IMG/VR virus record: IMGVR_UViG_3300021387_001066
Location: 12,373 to 76,372 of that record
Length of the DNA stretch: 64,000 bases
DNA from: a virus
Taxonomy: Duplodnaviria; Caudoviricetes
Strand: one strand, 5' to 3'
Shown here: one piece after another, positions 46,186 through 56,083 of the stretch
Layout of the letters: each line of letters opens with the position of its first letter
How positions within the stretch are numbered: position 1 is the first letter of the stretch
Made by a program: the position numbers and the translations under genes
The notes under the pieces: model-generated
Told to the model about the DNA's origin: nothing
Databases searched by the model: none
The model's input: only the letters and a program-made list of their open reading frames with translations

Positions 46186-49100
46186 CTATGAGAAGTATAT
46201 CATGGTCATATCATGTACTTCAGTCCTATGCTGATAAGATCCACTTTCAGCAGCATTCTTCTGAAGTTTCAGATATACCCAAGGATTTCTCATTCTGTCC
46301 ATAGGTCTTACCTTGAACCTCTTGATATTCATACCAGCATCAGATGCTAAAGGAGCATTATCCCTTGGAATATCACATGCCCACATCCTGAACTTCCTCT
46401 TGATAGCAGCAAGTCCATCAGAAGTATGGTGTAATACTGACTTATGACCAGTCATGTGACTGAGTATAGCCTTACCATGCTGATATTCATCCCATGCTTC
46501 CAAGTAGTCAAATGGAAGGGTAGGAGTGAACTTATTATCAGTTTCAGTACCCTCACCATCTATAGTTGCCCTAAACTCAAGATTAGTAAATATCTTGTCG
46601 GTAGTAGGCTCTGGATTACCCACGAGAGTCATGGAGAATGGCTTGTTTACACCAAAGAAGTTACAGTATTCCCCTGCATTATGCTTCCATAGGGAACCAT
46701 CAGCCCTTACCCAAACGCCTGTATCATCAAGGTTATTAAAGTAAGGCGTACTCCCATAGTCATAGAATGATGTAAATGCATTCATCCTTTCCGAGAAAGC
46801 TAAGCTTGTATTCTTATTGGTAAATAGAATATCCTGATTAAGCTTATCATAGTAAGCAGTGAAGTTATCATAGTCCACAGGATTCCACTTGAAGTCTGAT
46901 GATGGAATATTCTGCTTAGACCATACATTAAATCCTCCCTGAAGTGAGAGGTTCTGAAGCTGTCCGTTGAAGAGGTATATACTCTTGTCTTTTGAGTCCA
47001 TAAAGTACAAGCCTGTTGGAGCAGTAGCTATTGCCCACTTGTTTGAGCATCCTATAGTATCAGAGAAATACCTCTTACCCTGTACCTTGCCAGAGTTGGC
47101 TATCTCAATAGGCACTCCTTCAGTAGAGGATATCTGTACATTCTCATTATAGAGTATCTGAGATATACCTGTATCTTGGAATGCTATGAGCTGATTATTA
47201 AGCCTTCTTATGGCATTGATAGAGCCCTTGTCACCATCAAGATAGTCTGTAGAAGCTAAGGTTACATGAGTATATTCATCTACATCAGCTCCAGGAATCT
47301 TAGTTTGAGAATAGTAATATTGGTTTGGATATACATGTTCTGTAAGACCACCATCCTCCACCTTCTTTGAAGTAAAGAAGTTATCCTTCTGAGAGTATAC
47401 TGGATTAAGCAAATTGAAGTTCACTGGAGACATGTTGGTATTATCTACCTGTCCTCTGTTTCTGTCATACCTACCGTCTATGTTCACATGAGTTTCACAC
47501 ATGAAAGAAAGTATCTCTACAAGCTGGTTGGTGTCTTCTGGTGTAAATGCATAGGTCTTAAGACAGTCGTACCTCTGATAGTATGTATCACCATCAGTCC
47601 ACTTCAGAGTAATACTGCTAACACCATCAATATTCATTGTAGGGCCAGCTACCAACCAGTTATTGTGCATCAGTGCATCTAATGTATTACCACCAAACTG
47701 ATTAATAGGCTCCTTATAAAGCTCACCAATCCAAAGGAAGTTGTGGGCTATAGGAGTATTGTTATGCTTAAACAAGTTTGACATATTTACTCCTGTGTGG
47801 TAGAATGTCATCTTGGTATCCCCCCAAAAAGACTCATAGGCATTTGAGTCATCTACAGGATTTTCATATTGCCCCACATGTATATTCCCCCAGATTCCAT
47901 AAGGCAACAATTTTATGTCATTGTTATCATTCAAACCTAAAGCCAGTACAGCGTGAGTACCAGATTTATATTTCATCAGTATAGGACTTGTAACCTTTTC
48001 TTGTGTATCAGAGCTCTTTGATATAACTCTTCCCCCAGCCCTCTGTCTAGTTCTTTCTTCTGCTGTGGAGTCTGAGGAGTTTTCTCCTTCTGAGTCAGTA
48101 AGTGTAAATATCCTATATCCATCTTTATTGTAGAGTACCTTATCTATGTTTGGATAGTAGTTGATTTCAGAAGAAGTCTCTTTCTGCCTAGGTAATCTCA
48201 TATTATGTACATAGTCATTCTCCTGCAGATGAATCTGGCATTCAACAGCATCTAGGTTTATATTACTAAGATTACCATGCTCATGAAAATACTCTGTATT
48301 GATAGAATACAGCATAGTAGATTCTTTCTTTGTCTTAAGAAGTGATGATGCATATTCTGCAGGTCTCATGTCATTGTTCAATGAACCACTCCTATGCCAA
48401 GGATAAACAGGGAAGTCATATATTGCACCCTTAGTTTCCACTTGGTCATTAGCATCTAAGTCTTTATCAGTTTTCTTCTGTACAAACACATCGTTCCAAA
48501 GAAAGTCAGCAACGAGTCTTTTCCCTCCAAAAATATCGACATTCTCATGTATTACTGTTGAGTTATTTTCACCAGAGCCATATTGGAAAAGACTACTATC
48601 TGTTGAATTATTGTGTAGAGTTTCCAGCATAGCTGATGAGGTTGTTATGCTATGTGCAGAAACACTTGCAGTGATAGGCACAGCACCGATAATTTTCAGT
48701 TTAAGGTTGTCTGTTCCATAGGTCTGAACATCAGTATCAAAATCCAAGTCAGGAGAATGAAAAGTTACTATACTTTGGTCCACATAGAACTGGGTATTTG
48801 AAGGGGATTCAATATCAACTCCAATTCTTCCTCCTCTTCTTGCAGCTCCTGTTCTGTTAGGATCTCCTATGTTCCCCTGTACATACTTATATATAGGTGA
48901 GATGTTTGTTCCAACAGAACCTTGTATCTCTACCATTCTAGTTAAGTCAGTATCCTGTTGGGCCTCTTGAGAACTATAAATAGAATCATAGTGCTTGTAT
49001 CTAAGCCAGTCTCCAGATATATTACTTGTGTTTATATTATAGTCTTGAGCCATTTGATCTATACTAGACAGCTTTACAACATACCCTGTAACATTATCAT

Positions 49101-51204
49101 GGAACCAAAATGAAACATCAGTCATACTAGAGCCATCTTCCTGAACATAGTAATACAAGTTCTTAGTATTCTCATTATGCTGGAGTCCTGTATACAAATA
49201 GCTAATCAGTGGTTTGTTTGCAGCAGTATCATCTAATGCTACCTTAACCACTCCTTCATCCCATTCCCATGAGGTAGTTGTGCTTCCTTCTGTACTACTG
49301 CCCTCACGCTGCCACTCATCATTCCTAAACAATGCGTACTTATTATCACTCCCAAGGTCTATTGCACCAAAGTCATAGTATATATAAGTAATTCTTGTCC
49401 TAGAACTGCTTGCCCCATATTGTGATGTTCTTTCTTGTTTCATCTTAAGAGAACCTCTTGTAAGAATAGTATCAATCTTAGTAGGATCGGTAAACTGTAC
49501 TATCATTACATACTTTTTAGTTGTTGGATACTCAAATCCAGTAAAAGGAATAGGTTCTATTGGAGCATCTGGATCATACGCAAAGGTAGTAATTTCTGTA
49601 TACTCAGAAGTATCTTCATAAACTACAGGCATCTCTGTACTAGCCATAAAAGGTCTGAAGAACCAAGAAGACTGAGCAAATGGAGAGTTGTCACACCTGT
49701 CCATTACATTGAATACAGTAGGATTGAGTACTCCCTGACAGAGTACTTGTCTGTCTGCAATATTTGGATAGACTATGACTGGCCTTATTCTCTTGTAGAT
49801 GGAATAGTCAAATCCTTTAGTTTCCCCATGATTCTTTAGATATGTATCTATAGCTGCGAAATTAATAGATGCACTGGCATCTACAAGATTTATAGTGTCA
49901 CTATAGACATTTGTCCTTGGGTAGAGTTCATTCTCCTTATCTCCGAGGAAAATAGGCTCAGACCATTCTCCAGTTCTCTTCTGAAGTTGAAAACCAAATC
50001 TATACTTCTCGCCACCCTTGAAAGTTGATATTTCCCTAAGGCTCTTATTGAGCATGTTAGTGTTAGTATAGATACTGTAGGAATGATCAAGCACAATCTG
50101 CTTGGCAGTATCAGTATTGCTATACACAATGCCGTTATTGCCTTCATAATAGCTTCTTTGAGTGTCAAAGTATTCCTGAATCTTGGTAACAGAAAAATTA
50201 GGCTGAGTAATATTACCCATGAATAAGGTGTTATCCTTATCTGCCATAGTATAGGCAGTGATTTCCTTACCCCCAATATACAGAAGCTCATAAGGGTCTA
50301 CAGTATTACCAGTTGTACCATTGTCTGTATAAATAAGCTGACCGCCTGTTATTGGAATATCAACCACTCTTCTTACAAAGGCATCAAGATTTAAGGAAGT
50401 CCTTTGAATAGCATATAGCCTTACATAGTCAAAGTTAGTATCAGCAGAATTAATTGTAATGGTAAAGCTGTTAGTCACCTTATCTTCTGGACTTGCCCCT
50501 CTTTCACTATGAGAAAGATAGTATAATGTAGAACACCAGATGATATTGCTCTGCTGCCCATACTTATTAACATAGGTATAACAATACTGTATTACACCTG
50601 GTGCAAAAAGACCACTTGAACTATTGTTCTTCTCGACAGTAGCACTGTCTGTCATTGCATAAGAAGGCACAAAGTCAAAGAAGAAATCCTCTACCTGTGT
50701 AGTAGCATCCCACTTTGCAAGCTGCTCAGCATTGGCTATGTTTATAAGCCTTGGTTGATTAACTCCATCAGTCCAATAGACTTTCTGAATATGCTCTGCT
50801 TCATAGTATACAAGAGTCTCCAGAGGATGCTCTACGCTGAAGTTAAGATGCCCACTAAACAGCTTTTTGCCTTTCATTGAAGTCTTTGAAGTATCACTAT
50901 ACCACAGCAGATAGATATAATCAGGCTCTTGGTTAGAGCTTGTAGTGAATATAATCAACTGATGATTAAGTACAGCAGTGCCAATAGGAGTGCCCTGAAG
51001 TACAAGTGCTATATCTTCAGTGCCATCTTGTATGATGTTTATAGCTGCAGGTCCCTTCTCATTCACCCAACTCATCATGGTATTGTTCTCATTGGTAGAG
51101 AGCCTTAGGTTCACATTCTCAAATGTAAACTCTGGATTGAATGCAGAAACTGATAAGTCCCTGTTCATTCCTTTAGTTTTCCAAGCTGTTACTTTCTTTC
51201 CCAT
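46186..51204 (-). CDS. tail stabilization / muzzle protein (P22 gp10-like)
   Basis: N-terminal KGMNRDLS; GVIQYCYTYVNKYGQQSN; C-terminal GNKGSI-like DGDKGSINAI, KRKFRMW and RMRNPW; 1672 aa. Confidence 0.85.
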   Translation of the reverse strand: MGKKVTAWKTKGMNRDLSVSAFNPEFTFENVNLRLSTNENNTMMSWVNEKGPAAINIIQDGTEDIALVLQGTPIGTAVLNHQLIIFTTSSNQEPDYIYLLWYSDTSKTSMKGKKLFSGHLNFSVEHPLETLVYYEAEHIQKVYWTDGVNQPRLINIANAEQLAKWDATTQVEDFFFDFVPSYAMTDSATVEKNNSSSGLFAPGVIQYCYTYVNKYGQQSNIIWCSTLYYLSHSERGASPEDKVTNSFTITINSADTNFDYVRLYAIQRTSLNLDAFVRRVVDIPITGGQLIYTDNGTTGNTVDPYELLYIGGKEITAYTMADKDNTLFMGNITQPNFSVTKIQEYFDTQRSYYEGNNGIVYSNTDTAKQIVLDHSYSIYTNTNMLNKSLREISTFKGGEKYRFGFQLQKRTGEWSEPIFLGDKENELYPRTNVYSDTINLVDASASINFAAIDTYLKNHGETKGFDYSIYKRIRPVIVYPNIADRQVLCQGVLNPTVFNVMDRCDNSPFAQSSWFFRPFMASTEMPVVYEDTSEYTEITTFAYDPDAPIEPIPFTGFEYPTTKKYVMIVQFTDPTKIDTILTRGSLKMKQERTSQYGASSSRTRITYIYYDFGAIDLGSDNKYALFRNDEWQREGSSTEGSTTTSWEWDEGVVKVALDDTAANKPLISYLYTGLQHNENTKNLYYYVQEDGSSMTDVSFWFHDNVTGYVVKLSSIDQMAQDYNINTSNISGDWLRYKHYDSIYSSQEAQQDTDLTRMVEIQGSVGTNISPIYKYVQGNIGDPNRTGAARRGGRIGVDIESPSNTQFYVDQSIVTFHSPDLDFDTDVQTYGTDNLKLKIIGAVPITASVSAHSITTSSAMLETLHNNSTDSSLFQYGSGENNSTVIHENVDIFGGKRLVADFLWNDVFVQKKTDKDLDANDQVETKGAIYDFPVYPWHRSGSLNNDMRPAEYASSLLKTKKESTMLYSINTEYFHEHGNLSNINLDAVECQIHLQENDYVHNMRLPRQKETSSEINYYPNIDKVLYNKDGYRIFTLTDSEGENSSDSTAEERTRQRAGGRVISKSSDTQEKVTSPILMKYKSGTHAVLALGLNDNNDIKLLPYGIWGNIHVGQYENPVDDSNAYESFWGDTKMTFYHTGVNMSNLFKHNNTPIAHNFLWIGELYKEPINQFGGNTLDALMHNNWLVAGPTMNIDGVSSITLKWTDGDTYYQRYDCLKTYAFTPEDTNQLVEILSFMCETHVNIDGRYDRNRGQVDNTNMSPVNFNLLNPVYSQKDNFFTSKKVEDGGLTEHVYPNQYYYSQTKIPGADVDEYTHVTLASTDYLDGDKGSINAIRRLNNQLIAFQDTGISQILYNENVQISSTEGVPIEIANSGKVQGKRYFSDTIGCSNKWAIATAPTGLYFMDSKDKSIYLFNGQLQNLSLQGGFNVWSKQNIPSSDFKWNPVDYDNFTAYYDKLNQDILFTNKNTSLAFSERMNAFTSFYDYGSTPYFNNLDDTGVWVRADGSLWKHNAGEYCNFFGVNKPFSMTLVGNPEPTTDKIFTNLEFRATIDGEGTETDNKFTPTLPFDYLEAWDEYQHGKAILSHMTGHKSVLHHTSDGLAAIKRKFRMWACDIPRDNAPLASDAGMNIKRFKVRPMDRMRNPWVYLKLQKNAAESGSYQHRTEVHDMTMIYFS

Positions 51205-51207
51205 GAT

Positions 51208-52056
51208 TTAGTGCTTTCTTAAATATTCTCTATCTCCCAAGTTTTTAAACCCATTATCAAATTCGCGCATTCTTGGAATGAGTGAAGTATTATAGCGAGT
51301 AATAGCCTCCATTTCACTTATCGAAGGCATCTGGAACTCACTCTGCAGCTCTTTAGCAAGTACAGCATATTCCTGCTTAGCATTCTGCAAAACCCCTGCT
51401 GAAAGCTGACCAGTATCAAACTTTACTGTGAATACCTGCTTCTTGATATATGCCTCAAGAGCCCCAAGATACACCTCATTGTCTATCAAGAGTGGGAAAC
51501 CCTCTTCATCCACTGGAATGGACTTATATTCAACACCTACTACCCCTTCTGGAAAGTTAGTGAATAGGCACCTTCCCTGTGTCTTGAATGCAGGTTCCTC
51601 ACCATATCTCCACTGATGAGGAATATACCAGTCCCAAGGATGCTTTGGAGGAGAGATAAAGTCTAAGTCCTCTGGATACTCTGGCCTTCTAAGGTGTCTA
51701 TTGTTGTTCATAAGGTCGGGGGAGTGTGGGGGAGGGGGAGGTAATACTCCCTTATTTTTAAGTTGGTCTGATACATGTGCTGGTATGAAATTATCAGTCA
51801 TGTGCCTAAGGCATATACCAGACCTTAAGTCCTTCACTTGTATGATGCTTATAAGGTCACATGGCAGAAGTCCCCTAAAGTCATGTATAGGCACATCTGC
51901 TAGTTTATCCTTGTACATCTTAGCATACCCATGCAAGGCTATGAACCTTATGGTATACCTTACAGCCTGTTCAAGGTTGACATTTTTCAGGAGTGGATGA
52001 TCAAGTATATTGTCTAGAACCCTCCTTATACTAGTATATTGATATTCTGTTACCAT
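51208..52056 (-). CDS. tail ring / tail tubular protein (P22 gp4-like)
   Basis: Y.SIRRVLDNI; YKSIPVDEEGFPLL; position before the muzzle gene. Confidence 0.75.
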   Translation of the reverse strand: MVTEYQYTSIRRVLDNILDHPLLKNVNLEQAVRYTIRFIALHGYAKMYKDKLADVPIHDFRGLLPCDLISIIQVKDLRSGICLRHMTDNFIPAHVSDQLKNKGVLPPPPPHSPDLMNNNRHLRRPEYPEDLDFISPPKHPWDWYIPHQWRYGEEPAFKTQGRCLFTNFPEGVVGVEYKSIPVDEEGFPLLIDNEVYLGALEAYIKKQVFTVKFDTGQLSAGVLQNAKQEYAVLAKELQSEFQMPSISEMEAITRYNTSLIPRMREFDNGFKNLGDREYLRKH

Positions 52057-52577
52057 AGTGTATCTGTTTTTCCTTCCTTTATATTTTCTTTAAGTGCCCT
52101 CTTGATGAACCTATTAAGTGCAAACTCATAGAATGTCTTGTTCTCAAAGGTTGCATCATGCCTACAATACTTTATATGATATACATACTTAGTCTCTTCC
52201 CTCAGAAGTGTCTTGTTCTTCATTGCCTCTGCATCTTCATACCACAGCTTAAGAGTCTCACTCCAGTTGATTGGGTAGTTTATCTTAAGTTTTCCATCTA
52301 CAATGCTTGCACCCCTTTTCATTTTTCTTAGTTCAAGCTTACCCATCCTTAAGGGGAAAGTAATTGTGTTTCCATTGGCTACCTCGTCTGCAAGATAGTT
52401 ATTTACACTCCTTACTATTGTATAGAACTCATGTTCCTTCAGAGGCCTTCCTATGTCATACCAGCCATTCTTCCTAATGTGCTTATATGAATCATAGACA
52501 CCCCAAGAGTTATTCACCTTTGCCTTACTATGTGAGCCAGCTCTTCTTACCTTGGTATTGAATTCCTTATAATCCAT
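52050..52577 (-). CDS. IHF/HU-like DNA-binding protein
   Basis: EFYTIVRSVNNYLADEVANGNTITFPLRMGKLELRK resembles the HU/IHF core; INWSET follows. Confidence 0.75.
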   Translation of the reverse strand: MDYKEFNTKVRRAGSHSKAKVNNSWGVYDSYKHIRKNGWYDIGRPLKEHEFYTIVRSVNNYLADEVANGNTITFPLRMGKLELRKMKRGASIVDGKLKINYPINWSETLKLWYEDAEAMKNKTLLREETKYVYHIKYCRHDATFENKTFYEFALNRFIKRALKENIKEGKTDTLW

Positions 52578-53326
52578 TATCCTTCAATTTGCTTCTGAAG
52601 TGCTGACTTAACATTGTTTCTGAGGAATGTAGCAAGTTCTGCCAAGTTATCGGCTGCATCATTTACAGAATCCTTCGGACGATAAGCACTACCTACAAGT
52701 TCCTTCACAGTCATCTCTACCATAGTAGGTACAAGATGATACTTTATAGGAAATTCTGCTTCCATAATATCACATGCAGGATAACAGGAGTCATCATCAC
52801 AGAGATACTTAAGAGCTTCCTCAAAGTCATCAAATACACCAGTAAGCCTAATCTTCTCAAGATTAGTGAACTGAGGATTATCACTGGTGAAGTACAAGTG
52901 CCCATCAGGATTGAGTGAACAGAAAATGATGTTCTCCAGATACTTGTTAGTACCTACATATCTCATTCTGTCTCTTGAGATGAAGCAGATATTAATGCCT
53001 TGATAGTAGTTGATTGGATATATCCTTGGAGTGAATCCATCAATCATCTTAGGTATTTCCTGCACTGACCTAGAATAAAACCTGGAGGTACAGGGTTGTC
53101 CTTCCATAGGCTCTACTTCCTCAAGGTCAAGGCATATCTGCTGAGTGTACTCATTGTCCTCTGGAAGGTCAGAGAGTATCTTGTTCTTCTCTTGCTCTTT
53201 CTTGATGAGCAGGCTTCTGTATTTCTTCAGAAGAAATAACACATGTGACTCATTGAGAAATGAATCATCACTAGTAGCTGCCTTAGCAAGGTCTAGACAA
53301 GCATAGATTATTTCCTTTACTAACAT
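52577..53326 (-). CDS. tail ring protein
   Basis: 249 aa; RMRYVGTNKY and EFPI motifs; synteny with crAss-like ring genes. Confidence 0.65.
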   Translation of the reverse strand: MLVKEIIYACLDLAKAATSDDSFLNESHVLFLLKKYRSLLIKKEQEKNKILSDLPEDNEYTQQICLDLEEVEPMEGQPCTSRFYSRSVQEIPKMIDGFTPRIYPINYYQGINICFISRDRMRYVGTNKYLENIIFCSLNPDGHLYFTSDNPQFTNLEKIRLTGVFDDFEEALKYLCDDDSCYPACDIMEAEFPIKYHLVPTMVEMTVKELVGSAYRPKDSVNDAADNLAELATFLRNNVKSALQKQIEG

Positions 53327-53348
53327 AGTCTATATACTTATTATTATT

Positions 53349-53356
53349 CAAAGGTA
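53349..53356 (-). promoter_or_regulatory. Bacteroidota -7 promoter element (TACCTTTG)
   Basis: CAAAGGTA on the + strand, 23 nt upstream of the 53326 ATG. Confidence 0.75.
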
Positions 53357-53428
53357 AAGGTTTTGAAGTCCTTACTGAAGGATATTAGGAAAACCTTTTG
53401 TTCCTTTAAGAAACTTGCTTATAAAAAC

Positions 53429-53461
53429 AAAAAGGAATGGAGATTTCTCCCCACTCCTTTT
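53429..53461 (-). terminator. Rho-independent terminator after the capsid-accessory gene
   Basis: Minus strand reads AAAAGGAGTGGGGAGAAATCTCCATTCCTTTTTG. Confidence 0.75.
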
Positions 53462-53485
53462 ATTGAGATTTAGTGCCAAAGATTA

Positions 53486-54517
53486 CTAAGCAGGAACTTC
53501 CAGAACACTTACACCAGCAGCAGTCAGCTGAGTCTTGATGTCTGACAGTACAGTGCCTGTAGGAGCTACAATGGTAATATCCTTCTCAGTGCGATAGCTA
53601 TTCACACCAGTATCTGTGAAGCCAAAGTGCAACTCCAGTACATCATATTGGGTAGCAGGATTAACCAAGTACTCAGTAGGAATGTAGTTTGGATAACCCA
53701 TCATCCTGTACTGATCACCCCTCTCACCAAGGTAGAACCACTCCATATCAGCAATAATCTTACCATTGCCAATAGCATTGGTTCCTACTACAACAGCAGG
53801 ATTAGGAATCATTTCCTGGTAGGTGCTTGAAGAAGAATCTGTGTCTTCCACATACTTAGCAGGAGTCAAGTCTTCCACAGTACCCCAGATAACATCCTCA
53901 CCATCTACAAATACAGTAGTTGGGAATACCTCAAAGTTAACCCTCTCAAGAGCACCAATGCCCCTTGTCCAAGGCTGCTCCTTCTCAGTAATAGTCAAGC
54001 CAGTAGCTGCAGAAGTAAATGACAGATAAGGATTAGAGGTCTTAGTAGCACCAACCTCACGTGCAAAAGCCAAGTTCAATGCTTCAGCCAGTGCATCGTA
54101 GAACTTCTTAGGAGTGGATACCATAGCAGAAGTTGCATGTACAGCAGCATCCTTGAAATACTGGTCCTCTTCACCCATGCCATAGAACTGCTTGAAGTTA
54201 ATGCGCAACACATAGTCCTGACCTGGAACTACCTTGCCCTGGTTAACCTCAGTGTCCAAAGCTACCTTTACACTCTTGAGTGGCATTACCATTGCAGAAG
54301 CACTGATAATCTTTGCATAATCAAAATTCTTCAACTGAATCCTGTCACTCTTCAATACTGTGTCAGTACCTTTATAAAGGAAGTACAGCTCCTTGGTTGC
54401 ACCCTCATCAATGGTTTTGAGGCCAATAGTACCAACATTTGAAGCGTCAGTTACAGTTGCGTTGTAGGCAGAGGCTACATAAAACTGCCTAACCTGATTT
54501 GTGTTGAAAACTGCCAT
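53486..54517 (-). CDS. auxiliary capsid protein (crAss 'gene 74'-like)
   Basis: MAVFNTNQVRQFYV; DLEWF-like DMEWFYLGERGDQYR; synteny. Confidence 0.75.
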   Translation of the reverse strand: MAVFNTNQVRQFYVASAYNATVTDASNVGTIGLKTIDEGATKELYFLYKGTDTVLKSDRIQLKNFDYAKIISASAMVMPLKSVKVALDTEVNQGKVVPGQDYVLRINFKQFYGMGEEDQYFKDAAVHATSAMVSTPKKFYDALAEALNLAFAREVGATKTSNPYLSFTSAATGLTITEKEQPWTRGIGALERVNFEVFPTTVFVDGEDVIWGTVEDLTPAKYVEDTDSSSSTYQEMIPNPAVVVGTNAIGNGKIIADMEWFYLGERGDQYRMMGYPNYIPTEYLVNPATQYDVLELHFGFTDTGVNSYRTEKDITIVAPTGTVLSDIKTQLTAAGVSVLEVPA

Positions 54518-54573
54518 ATTAAAATCAAATTTAAGTTAAACATATCCTATGAGTATGGCTACCTCATAGGGGA

Positions 54574-55302
54574 TTAATTATCACTATTATTACTAAGTCT
54601 GTTATATCCTTTGCTTTGAACTGCAAGTCCTACAGCAAGGTCAAGTATCTTCTGATGGAGTGATTCATGAAGCTCACATTCAGTAGCTACAGTCTCTCCG
54701 TTAATACTCAATCCGTCTGGCAGGTCTATCAGTACGATAGGCTTTATCTTCTTAAGGTATCTTACATAGTAGTCAAGCACAGTGTACTTACTTACTATTT
54801 CTATGACACCTTCTGAAAGGTCGAGCCTTAGTGCTCTTCTGTCATTAGGCCCTCTGAAAGGATTCTTCTTAAGCCTATGGTATTCATCTTGAGTAGCAGG
54901 AACTACCTCAATGGACTTTGTTCCACCACACTTCCATCCGTCAATGTCTATGGCTTCATAAGTAATGAACCACAGATCATCTGGCAGAGTGAAGAAAGTA
55001 GATGTGCTTTCCATGCCTATTGGAGTACCAACAGAGTTCTCTATTGGAAATATCCTTGCTTCCTCAACAAGGTTGGCAAGGTATCTTCTCATTTCCTCTG
55101 TTTCCTCAAAGCTACCTGCAATGTTGTTCCTTCCGTTATAGAGTGAAACTACAAGCTGCTCCTGTGCATTTGAGAGCCAAAGGGACTTCTCATACTCATC
55201 AAAGGCCAATGTCTGCTTGGTGGCTTCATCCCCATACTGAGGGCTGAAGGCATAGGAGTTGACCTGTGTATCAAAAGCATTACTGAATTGTTCAAGGTTC
55301 AT
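54574..55302 (-). CDS. tail ring protein paralog
   Basis: EYEKSLWLSNAQ; NPFRGP; YLKKIKPIVL; CELHESLHQKI; clear paralog of the adjacent gene. Confidence 0.75.
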   Translation of the reverse strand: MNLEQFSNAFDTQVNSYAFSPQYGDEATKQTLAFDEYEKSLWLSNAQEQLVVSLYNGRNNIAGSFEETEEMRRYLANLVEEARIFPIENSVGTPIGMESTSTFFTLPDDLWFITYEAIDIDGWKCGGTKSIEVVPATQDEYHRLKKNPFRGPNDRRALRLDLSEGVIEIVSKYTVLDYYVRYLKKIKPIVLIDLPDGLSINGETVATECELHESLHQKILDLAVGLAVQSKGYNRLSNNSDN

Positions 55303-55318
55303 GGCTAAATACTTTTAG

Positions 55319-56071
55319 TTATTCACTCCTCTGTCCTGCCTCAATAACAGCATTCACATTATCCTGACCAGTAGCAGTCCAAGCTATCTTTGCAAGCTCT
55401 ACAGCTCTCTGGAGTATCTCCTCGTGTATCATAGGATCAAGCTCACATCCTGCTGTCTCTTGAGCACCAGTAACACCATCACCAGTAAAGCAGTAGCCAT
55501 CAATGGTCAGACCATCAAGGGGGCCTAAGATGATTGGCTTTGGCTTCCTGAGATACCTCAGAGTATAGGCTGAGATGATGTCATTAGGACCAACTATCAA
55601 GTCTGACTTATTACCTCCGTCATTATTGATGAGTCTCCATGCCTGATACTTCAGAGGTCTCTTGAATGGCTTAGACATAAGTCTATCATATTCATCAAAG
55701 GAGATGGGGATGACAGTAAGTGGTACTGATATACCATCTCTGCTAACCTCAACCCTTTCATGGATTATAAGCCATACATTATCTGGGAATGCAGCACTCT
55801 TGGAATTTGTTCTTGGGTCAAAGAGGGCATTACCAAAGGTAGTTACCTTATTTACCTTGGTAATGGTTGAAAAGTCCATCTGCCTCTTTGGACTACCGTC
55901 AAAGCCTTCCTGAAGCTTATTGCTCTTCGGATTGAAGAGATTCTTCAGGTACTCATCCTGAGCCTTTGTAGCAAACAGACTCTTCTCATGGGTATTGAGC
56001 CCAGGAGCCTGATTAGATGTTATGTTGTTATAAAGCACATCAAATTGTACATCCCATTCTTCTGCATTCAT
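55319..56071 (-). CDS. tail ring protein paralog
   Basis: SNQAPGLNTHEKSLFATKAQ; YLRKPKPIIL; CELDPMIHEEI. Confidence 0.75.
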   Translation of the reverse strand: MNAEEWDVQFDVLYNNITSNQAPGLNTHEKSLFATKAQDEYLKNLFNPKSNKLQEGFDGSPKRQMDFSTITKVNKVTTFGNALFDPRTNSKSAAFPDNVWLIIHERVEVSRDGISVPLTVIPISFDEYDRLMSKPFKRPLKYQAWRLINNDGGNKSDLIVGPNDIISAYTLRYLRKPKPIILGPLDGLTIDGYCFTGDGVTGAQETAGCELDPMIHEEILQRAVELAKIAWTATGQDNVNAVIEAGQRSE

Positions 56072-56083
56072 AGTTACCTAATA

